Positions 7,990-15,006 of a stretch of 32,000 bases of DNA are shown one piece after another; positions within the stretch are counted from its first letter, which is position 1; each line of letters begins with the position of its first letter. Source of the DNA: Candidatus Minimicrobia sp. QA0096 (GTDB lineage: Bacteria > Patescibacteriota > Saccharimonadia > Saccharimonadales > Saccharimonadaceae); NCBI RefSeq assembly GCF_963967315.1, contig NZ_OZ017288.1:540001-572000 (forward strand). Direction: 5' to 3'. The position numbers and the translations under genes are program-made. The notes under the pieces were generated by a model. It was not told where the DNA came from, did not search any database, and saw nothing but the letters and a program-made list of their open reading frames with translations.

Positions 7990-10392
7990 GTGAAAGAAAT
8001 TAACGTAGTCAAACGCGACGGAACAAAAGAGCCGTTTGATGCAAATAAAATTAACACGGCTATTTTAAAAGCATGCGAAGGTTTGCCGGACCAAATTTCT
8101 AAGGTCGTTCAAGTTGCGACTGAATTGCAATTGACATTATTTGATGGAATTACGACCGAACAACTAGACGAGGCTGTCATTCAAACAGTTTTACAAAACG
8201 TTAAAGACGACCCAGACTATGATAAAATCGCGGCACGATTATTATTGAAAACTGTCTATAAGCAGATTTTGGGCGATTATGAGACGGCGGAAGAATTGAA
8301 AAAGCTTCATGCGCGCGAATTTCCGAAGTTCGTTAAGTCGGCAGTAAAAGAAGGATTGTTGGATAATCGCATGGCTGACGGTCGATTTGATCTGAAAAAG
8401 CTGGCGGCGGAACTTGATCCAGCGCGTGATGATTTGAGTAAATATTTGGGTGTGGTGACCAATAAAAACCGCTACGCTCTTCGTAAGCAAAACGGCTCAC
8501 CAATTGAAACGCCTCAGTTTACGCACATGCGAATTGCTATGGGGCTTAGTTACAACGAGGCTGATCCGACCACTGCAGCGATTGAGTTTTATAATCACAT
8601 GAGTAATTTGGAATACGTTCCGGGTGGCTCAACGCGAGTTAATGCTGGCGGTTCGTTCCCACAGCTCAGTAACTGTTTCTTGCTTAATGTCGATGATGAT
8701 ATGGAGTCAATTGCTAAGGCTGTTCGCGACACAATGTGGATTGCTAAAGGCACGGGCGGAATTGGTATTGGTTTTACAAAGCTACGCGCAGCTGGCAGTC
8801 CAGTTAAAACCACCAACACTGAATCGACTGGACCAATTCCATTTATGAAGATGATTGATACGGCGCTGTTTGCGGTTTCTCGTAAGGGAAAAAAGGCTGG
8901 TGCAGCTGCAATTTACATGGAAAACTGGCACCTTAATTTTGATCAATTTATCGATCTTCGTCAAAACTCTGGCGACCCATATCTACGAACCAGATTTGCA
9001 AATACCGCGGTATTTATCTCTGACGAATTTATGAAGCGAGTAGAAAAAGATCAAGATTGGTATTTGTTTGATCCAGCGGAAACTCCAGATTTGACGGAAT
9101 TATACGGCGAAGAATTTTCGGCGCGATATAAAGAATATATCAAGATGGCAGAAGCTGGAAAATTGCGTGCGTTTGATAAAGTTCCAGCTCGTCAGCAATT
9201 TAAGCGCATTTTGACTAGTTTGCAGGCGACATCACATCCGTGGCTGACTTGGAAAGACACGATTAACGTGCGAGCATTAAATAACAATACGGGCACAATT
9301 CACCTCAGTAACTTGTGTACGGAAATTACATTACCGCAGGATAAAAATAATATTGCGACGTGTAATTTGGTGAGCATTAATTTGTCGGCATTTCTCGGTG
9401 AGGATAAAACTTGGGATTGGGATAGATTGAAAGAAGCGGCTCGTGCGGCAGTGCGACAATTGGACAATTTGTGCGACATCACTCAAACGCCAATTCCAGA
9501 AGCGATGCATTCGAATCAACAAACTCGAGCAATTGGCCTCGGGATTATGGGTCTTTCTGACGTATTGGAGAAGTTGGGCTATTGCTACGAATCAAAAGAA
9601 TCTTACGATTTGGTTGATCAATTGACAGAGTTCATTAGCTATCACGCGATTGACCAGTCGGCTGATTTGGCAAAGGAATTGGGTAGTTATCCAACATTCG
9701 CGGGTAGCGGCTGGAGCAAGGGCCTTCTTCCGATTGATACGGTTGATAAATTGTCGAAAGATCGCGGCGTGAAGGTGAAAATAGACCAAAAGACGCGACT
9801 GGACTGGGACAGTTTGCGAAAGAAGGTGAAGAAGGGAATGCGAAATGCGACTCTTATGGCAATTGCGCCGACGGCTAATATTGGGCATGTGGCGGGAACG
9901 ACTCCTGGAATTGATCCGCAATTTGCACAGATTTTCAGTCGCTCGACTTTGAATGGTAAGTTTTTGGAAGTGAACCATAATTTAGTTCGCGATTTGAAGA
10001 AGCTTGGTCTGTGGGATGATTTGAAAGATGAGATTTTTGCAGCTCAAGGCGATATTCAAGATATTGACGGCATTCCGCAAAACATCAAGGATGTTTATAA
10101 GACAAGCTTCCAGCTCAGTCCGTACGCATTTATTGAAGTGGCAGCCAGGGCTCAGAAGTGGGTGGATCAGGCGATTTCTCGAAATATGTACCTGGAGACG
10201 CGAGATATTGATGAATATGTGAAGATTTATTCAGAAGCGTGGAAGCGTGGCTTGAAAACGACATATTATCTACACGTTAAGCCGCGTCATCAGTCGGAGC
10301 AAACGACGGTTTCAGTTGATAAAATTGCAGAACAAAAAGTCCGTACAAATAGTAAAGTGCGCGGATTTGGATTTGCGAAAATTAATAAATAA
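7990..10392 (+). CDS. nrdA: ribonucleoside-diphosphate reductase alpha subunit (class I) with an N-terminal ATP-cone
   Basis: ATP-cone VVKRDGTKEPFDANKI. Active-site motifs are LSNCFLL, NLCTEITLP, ATCNLVSINL and TTYYLH. The GTG start follows AAGGAGGG. The ATG at 7988 runs straight into a stop. Confidence 0.95.
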   Translation: MKEINVVKRDGTKEPFDANKINTAILKACEGLPDQISKVVQVATELQLTLFDGITTEQLDEAVIQTVLQNVKDDPDYDKIAARLLLKTVYKQILGDYETAEELKKLHAREFPKFVKSAVKEGLLDNRMADGRFDLKKLAAELDPARDDLSKYLGVVTNKNRYALRKQNGSPIETPQFTHMRIAMGLSYNEADPTTAAIEFYNHMSNLEYVPGGSTRVNAGGSFPQLSNCFLLNVDDDMESIAKAVRDTMWIAKGTGGIGIGFTKLRAAGSPVKTTNTESTGPIPFMKMIDTALFAVSRKGKKAGAAAIYMENWHLNFDQFIDLRQNSGDPYLRTRFANTAVFISDEFMKRVEKDQDWYLFDPAETPDLTELYGEEFSARYKEYIKMAEAGKLRAFDKVPARQQFKRILTSLQATSHPWLTWKDTINVRALNNNTGTIHLSNLCTEITLPQDKNNIATCNLVSINLSAFLGEDKTWDWDRLKEAARAAVRQLDNLCDITQTPIPEAMHSNQQTRAIGLGIMGLSDVLEKLGYCYESKESYDLVDQLTEFISYHAIDQSADLAKELGSYPTFAGSGWSKGLLPIDTVDKLSKDRGVKVKIDQKTRLDWDSLRKKVKKGMRNATLMAIAPTANIGHVAGTTPGIDPQFAQIFSRSTLNGKFLEVNHNLVRDLKKLGLWDDLKDEIFAAQGDIQDIDGIPQNIKDVYKTSFQLSPYAFIEVAARAQKWVDQAISRNMYLETRDIDEYVKIYSEAWKRGLKTTYYLHVKPRHQSEQTTVSVDKIAEQKVRTNSKVRGFGFAKINK

Positions 10393-10406
10393 AGGAGGAA
10401 ATTAAG

Positions 10407-11384
10407 ATGGGAATTTTAGGTTCAGGATTACGCGATGGATTGTCACTTCACCCAATTCGTTACCCTTGGGCGTATGATCTTTATAATCAAGCAGTGGCTA
10501 ACACGTGGTTTCCAAACGAAGTTCAATTAGTCCAAGATTTGGCAGATTTTGAAAAATTGTCAGATGATGAAAAACACGCCTTAAAAACAGTGATTAGCTA
10601 TTTGAACCCAAACGAGTTATTGATCAATAAATCATTGGCGTTTGGTATTTATCCATACGTGAACGCGGCGGAAGCTCAACTATATTTGTCGAAACAGATG
10701 TGGGAAGAAGCTAACCACTTTATGACGTTTGAATACATTATTGAGACATTTCCGTTTGATCGCGAGGAAATTTATGCTGCGGGATTTGGTAAAAAATCAT
10801 TAGCCGACAAAGCTGACTTCCAGAATAAGCATTTGGATGTGATGCTTGATCCGAATTTGGATATTTATTCGCTGGAAGGTAAGAAAGATTTTGTTCGTTC
10901 ATTGGTAGCATATAACATCGTGCTTGAGGGAATTTGGTTCTATTCAGGCTTTATGGTTGGTATGAGTTTCCGCCAGCGTAATTTGTTGCGCAACGTTGGC
11001 TCGCTACTGGACTGGATTACTCGCGATGAAAATCTTCACTTGACGTTTGGTATCAATTTGCTTTTGACAATTTTGGACGAGAACCCAGAATTGCAAACAC
11101 AGGAATTTGCAGAAGAAATTCGTGGCTTGATTCTGCAGGCAGTGGAGCTTGAGAAGGCTTACAATAAGGATATGCTACCAAAGGGAATTTTGGGATTGAA
11201 TGCTGATTATGTCAATCAGTATGTTATGCATATGACCGACCGTCGCTTGCAAGAATTAGGTTTTGAGCCTGAATATAACGTGCCAAATCCAGCTAAATGG
11301 ATGGCAGCTGCCAATGATACGCTGGAATTGGTGAATTTCTTTGAAAGCACAAACACTAGTTACGAAGTTAATACCACGAAGTAA
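10407..11384 (+). CDS. nrdB: ribonucleotide reductase beta subunit, class Ic-like
   Basis: Ferritin-like R2 ligand pattern: E70 (NPNELL), E101-x2-H104 (EEANH), E in VLEGIWFYSGF, and E-x2-H in RDENLH. F108 sits at the position four residues after H104 that normally holds the radical Tyr. AGGAGG SD. Confidence 0.95.
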   Translation: MGILGSGLRDGLSLHPIRYPWAYDLYNQAVANTWFPNEVQLVQDLADFEKLSDDEKHALKTVISYLNPNELLINKSLAFGIYPYVNAAEAQLYLSKQMWEEANHFMTFEYIIETFPFDREEIYAAGFGKKSLADKADFQNKHLDVMLDPNLDIYSLEGKKDFVRSLVAYNIVLEGIWFYSGFMVGMSFRQRNLLRNVGSLLDWITRDENLHLTFGINLLLTILDENPELQTQEFAEEIRGLILQAVELEKAYNKDMLPKGILGLNADYVNQYVMHMTDRRLQELGFEPEYNVPNPAKWMAAANDTLELVNFFESTNTSYEVNTTK

Positions 11385-11794
11385 TGGGAGTTGATGATAT
11401 GAACGAATTAGCGAAAGAAATATTAGATACAGTCGAAGTTGGTGCGTTGGCTACTGTTAATTCTGATAGGACGCCACTGGTGACACCAATACATTTTGCA
11501 CGATTGGGTGATTCGATAGTTTGGATATCAGAGCCGACTGCGCGCCATTCGGAGAATGCGTTTCGAAACGGTAAGGCAGAATTTGTGGTTTGGGATGATA
11601 AAAAGCGAGCAGTTTTCTTAAAAACTAACGTGACTGAACTTCCAGAATCTGAAAAAGAGGCGGCAATGGCAGCTTATAAAGAGAAGTTGGCTGATTTTAT
11701 GCCACGTTGTCAAAATCCGCAAATATACGTTGCACCGATTGGTGAACTTGATGAAAAAACTACAACGGGCAATTGGCTGCATTTTATTGCATAA
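11384..11794 (+). CDS. pyridoxamine 5'-phosphate oxidase-like FMN-binding split-barrel protein
   Basis: VGALATVNSDRTPLVTPIHFARLGDSIVWISEPTARHSENAFRNGKAEFVVWD resembles the PNPOx / general stress protein 26 family. ATG at 11384 overlaps the nrdB stop (TAATG). An alternative ATG is at 11399. Confidence 0.72.
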   Translation: MGVDDMNELAKEILDTVEVGALATVNSDRTPLVTPIHFARLGDSIVWISEPTARHSENAFRNGKAEFVVWDDKKRAVFLKTNVTELPESEKEAAMAAYKEKLADFMPRCQNPQIYVAPIGELDEKTTTGNWLHFIA

Positions 11795-11842
11795 GCACTA
11801 TATCTAGCGTAAAATTAGTTAAGTAACTACTAAATATAGGGG
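11795..11842 (+). promoter_or_regulatory. second pair of NrdR-box-like sites
   Basis: gcactatatctagcgt (11795-11810) matches the consensus at 12 of 16 positions and the reverse complement of box 1 at 13 of 16. ctactaaatatagggg (11827-11842) matches at 11 of 16 with the core CTAaATATAG. Start-to-start spacing is 32 bp, identical to the nrdA pair. Confidence 0.55.
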
Positions 11843-11845
11843 AAA

Positions 11846-12025
11846 ATGAAAATGAACGCAAATCAGATTATTACTGATGACATGACTTTGGAAGAAAAAT
11901 TGAGCGCCATTGACGCAGCTCTTAAAGCGGCGCAGGAAGCGGCTGATGATCAAGCAAAGTCGAACGGCACTGTTGCGGCACCAGTTGACCCAGCAAGTTT
12001 GACTATTTGTGACGGTTGCGAATAG
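11846..12025 (+). CDS. unannotated 59-aa protein with a C-terminal CxxC (…TICDGCE)
   Basis: My translation is MKMNANQIITDDMTLEEKLSAIDAALKAAQEAADDQAKSNGTVAAPVDPASLTICDGCE. It falls one codon below the ORF-track cutoff. It follows the nrdA-nrdB-flavoprotein genes on the same strand and lies directly behind the NrdR-like boxes. Confidence 0.5.
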   Translation: MKMNANQIITDDMTLEEKLSAIDAALKAAQEAADDQAKSNGTVAAPVDPASLTICDGCE

Positions 12026-12047
12026 AGTTTCGAGCAGCGTTTTACTA

Positions 12048-12077
12048 TTGACAGCATAGCCAATTATGTTGTATAAT
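12048..12077 (+). promoter_or_regulatory. near-consensus sigma-70 promoter
   Basis: TTGACA (12048-12053), an 18-nt spacer, then TATAAT (12072-12077). The ATG at 12088 lies only 10 nt further on. Confidence 0.6.
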
Positions 12078-12087
12078 TAAGAGTATC

Positions 12088-12474
12088 ATGAAAACAATTG
12101 AGACTCTTTCAGGATCTGAGGCTATGAAAGAAATTGAGCCACAGAGAGAGGGTTTTTCTCTGGCGGTTGCGCTTGGTTCTCTCAAGAAATGGGTGTGTGG
12201 TAGACGAGAAAAGTACGGCAAACCTTTTGGATTAACTAACAATTCAGCGGTAGAAAAACTTGAGGCAGCTGGAGAAGAATTGGGATTGCCAGAAACAGAC
12301 GTTCGTCTTTCCTCTGGACTTAAGCTGTTGATGGGCTTAATGCATGGCAAAAAGGAAGTTGAAATAATTGGCGAAGATATCTTAATTGAAGCCGCTAAAA
12401 GGGTTAAAGAAGAAGGTAAGGGAAGTGTTATAGCCGCCAACACATTTCAATGGAGAAGATGTTCCTACGGCTAG
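12088..12474 (+). CDS. hypothetical protein
   Basis: 128-codon ORF directly behind a consensus promoter. I recognised no domain. See the finding on frame-linked ORFs. Confidence 0.5.
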   Translation: MKTIETLSGSEAMKEIEPQREGFSLAVALGSLKKWVCGRREKYGKPFGLTNNSAVEKLEAAGEELGLPETDVRLSSGLKLLMGLMHGKKEVEIIGEDILIEAAKRVKEEGKGSVIAANTFQWRRCSYG

Positions 12475-12615
12475 TTATTTGGCGTCTTTGTTGAACAAAA
12501 TTAATATTGGCGTAGCGTCGACTAATAGAGATTGGATTAAGAAGGGTGTTGGCGGAATCAACCTAGAGGCTATACAATACAGTATCTTGCGTTTGGCGCT
12601 AAAAACTTTTTTGGT

Positions 12616-13053
12616 GTGTCATATGAATGGGTAGATAAAAAGAGTAAAAAACCAGTTCACTTTTCAACAGACCATTACGAAGAAGCGGTTAAATTTGTTG
12701 AGGATGGTGGATCTTTGGTTTTGGCTGGATATTCAGCGGATGACTCAGTAGGCTCAAAGCCTCGCAGTGAAATGGGCTCTGCAGCGATTCATACGGCATT
12801 GAAATCTGGCGCAGACTTGATATTTGTTTACGTATCGTCAGAGGACAAGAAACTTACTATTAGGGTCATGGAAGATGAGGGTGGTATGCTTGCGGCGTTT
12901 AGCAATTCATATAGAAAGGCGCTAGATATGAAGGATTCTGCTGCATCCGAGTGTTTATTATCGTCATGCAAAGAGTACTTAAAAGACAGCGAAATAGGTA
13001 GGGTTATAGCAGAAGAATATAAGCGTCGATCAGATAAAAATAAAGCTAAGTAA
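12616..13053 (+). CDS. hypothetical protein
   Basis: 145-codon ORF with a GTG start and no clear SD. I recognised no domain. It may be the downstream part of a frameshifted gene. Confidence 0.45.
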   Translation: MSYEWVDKKSKKPVHFSTDHYEEAVKFVEDGGSLVLAGYSADDSVGSKPRSEMGSAAIHTALKSGADLIFVYVSSEDKKLTIRVMEDEGGMLAAFSNSYRKALDMKDSAASECLLSSCKEYLKDSEIGRVIAEEYKRRSDKNKAK

Positions 13054-13074
13054 GTGTCCGCAAGGTTCTAGTTA

Positions 13075-13103
13075 TTGACAAAATAAAAATAATGTGATAT
13101 CAT
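13075..13103 (+). promoter_or_regulatory. near-consensus sigma-70 promoter with extended -10
   Basis: TTGACA (13075-13080), a 17-nt spacer, then TATCAT (13098-13103) preceded by TGa. Confidence 0.55.
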
Positions 13104-13139
13104 TTCACTATATAAATAATTAAAACAAAAAGGAATAAA

Positions 13140-13298
13140 ATGGCTGAAGAAAAAGATATTCACGGACTTACTGAAGGCGTATTGAGTCGAGACGATATGT
13201 CGGCGTTGACTTACGTATTGCAACACGTGAAAGGATCTAGCCCAAGTTCGGCGACGAAATTAAGTCTGGAACTGGAAGAACTTGATGAAACAGCGTAG
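13140..13298 (+). CDS. unannotated 52-aa acidic protein
   Basis: My translation is MAEEKDIHGLTEGVLSRDDMSALTYVLQHVKGSSPSSATKLSLELEELDETA. AAGGA lies about 7 nt upstream of the ATG, and a consensus promoter about 40 nt upstream. Confidence 0.4.
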   Translation: MAEEKDIHGLTEGVLSRDDMSALTYVLQHVKGSSPSSATKLSLELEELDETA

Positions 13299-13343
13299 GG
13301 ATTTAGCTAGATAATAATCCACCTCTGTTGTATACTGGACAGT

Positions 13344-14975
13344 ATGGAACAGATTATTTCTCAAGTAGTGAAGCAACTTTTTGATCAAGATATATCAGTG
13401 CAATTGACGCGTCCTGATCCGAAGTTTGGTGACTTTGCTACAAATGTGGCATTGCAATTGGCTAAGCCGCTGGGAAAAAATCCGCGTGAAATTGCGGAGA
13501 TGATTGCTGAAAATCTGCGCAAGGAAGAGGAGTTTAGTGAAGTAAGCGTGGCTGGTCCAGGTTTTATCAATGTAAAGCTGAGCGATCAATCCGTTCTAAA
13601 TTCTTTGAAAAAAGAGCCAACGACGAAGCGCGCCGGTCAGACGGTTGTAATTGAAACCAATTGTCCGAATCCATTTAAGGCTATGCATATCGGACACGCT
13701 TTGAATGCGATTTTGGCGGACACGATGGCTAATTTGTTGGCGGTTGATGGCGCAATTGTGCATCGAGTGAGTTATCACGGTGATGTCGGAACACATGTTG
13801 GTAAAAGTATGTGGGCGATTTTGCGTGAGATTGACGGCGATGTGAATAAATTGAACGAAATCCCAGCTGATAAGCGAAATGAATTTATGAGTCGCATGTA
13901 CGTTGAAGGTGCGCGTGCGGCGAAAGAATCTCCAGAGGCGAAAGCAGAAATTGATGAACTAGCCAAGCAATCATTCGTCTTGGATGATCCACTATATAAA
14001 CAAGTTTACGAAATCTGTAAAAGTTGGAGTTTTGACGAAATTGACTCTAATGTTGGGCGACTTGGAAACGTGCCAATTGAGCGACGTTACGTTGAGAGCG
14101 AAACTGAAGAATTGGGAAAATCTTTGATTAAAGAGAAAACTCCAGAGGTGTTTACCAAATCTGACGGTGCGTATGTTTTTAAGGGTAGCAAATACGGCGC
14201 GTTTGATAACGTGTTTATTGGATCTCATGGCAATGGCCTTTATGGCGCGCATGATATGGGATTAATTCAGTTGAAGTATAAGGATTACCCAGATTTGGAC
14301 TTATCGATTACAGTAAACGCCGAGGAGCAAGCAGCGTACTTCCGTGGCGTGATTGCGGCTAGTGAATTGTCGATTCCGGTTTTGAAGGGAAAATTGTTCA
14401 ATTACGCGACTGGCTTTGTTAAATTGGCAACTGGAAAGATGAGTTCGCGAACGGGTGAGGTTGTTACAATTGGCTGGCTGTTCGATGAGTTTAAGAAGGC
14501 AATTGAAAATGCTGGTGGTGAGCCAACCGACGACGTGATTGCTGGCGCGCTTCGTTATCAATTCTTGAAAGTGAAGATCGGCGGTGACGTCATATTTGAT
14601 ATTAATGACGCGGTAAGTTTGACGGGAAATACGGGAAGCTACCTGCAATACGCCCATGCTCGAGCGCGAGGCATTTTAACTAAATCCGATAAAGAAATTG
14701 CCTTTCCGACAGAGTTGTTTGACGAAGATAAGATGCTGGTCAGAAAGTTGAGCGAGTATGTGGACGTGGTTGATCGCGCTAAGGAAAGTCTGGAGCCTCA
14801 TTACATTTGTACGTATTTGTTTGAATTGGCTCAGGAATTCAATCGATATTACGAGAAAAATCAGGTTATTGGTAGTGACAAAGAGGCGCACCGCGTAGGA
14901 ATCGTGGCAATTTACGCCGACATTCTTAAGGCTGGACTGGCTATTTTGGGAATCGTGGCACCAGAACGGTTGTAA
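13344..14975 (+). CDS. argS: arginine--tRNA ligase
   Basis: Class I HIGH motif (AMHIGHALN), KMSK-like KMSSRTG, and a C-terminal anticodon-binding DALR-type domain. TATACT -10 ends 7 nt before the ATG. Confidence 0.96.
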   Translation: MEQIISQVVKQLFDQDISVQLTRPDPKFGDFATNVALQLAKPLGKNPREIAEMIAENLRKEEEFSEVSVAGPGFINVKLSDQSVLNSLKKEPTTKRAGQTVVIETNCPNPFKAMHIGHALNAILADTMANLLAVDGAIVHRVSYHGDVGTHVGKSMWAILREIDGDVNKLNEIPADKRNEFMSRMYVEGARAAKESPEAKAEIDELAKQSFVLDDPLYKQVYEICKSWSFDEIDSNVGRLGNVPIERRYVESETEELGKSLIKEKTPEVFTKSDGAYVFKGSKYGAFDNVFIGSHGNGLYGAHDMGLIQLKYKDYPDLDLSITVNAEEQAAYFRGVIAASELSIPVLKGKLFNYATGFVKLATGKMSSRTGEVVTIGWLFDEFKKAIENAGGEPTDDVIAGALRYQFLKVKIGGDVIFDINDAVSLTGNTGSYLQYAHARARGILTKSDKEIAFPTELFDEDKMLVRKLSEYVDVVDRAKESLEPHYICTYLFELAQEFNRYYEKNQVIGSDKEAHRVGIVAIYADILKAGLAILGIVAPERL

Positions 14976-15006
14976 AATATACTATATTAGTATATAATAT
15001 GCCTTT

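Noticed and set aside
12045-12443. 132-aa minus-strand ORF antisense to the 12088 ORF
   Set aside because: It has no promoter or SD on that strand and a Ser/Pro-rich composition. The plus-strand ORF sits directly behind a consensus promoter. Neither has homology, so the choice is not fully certain.
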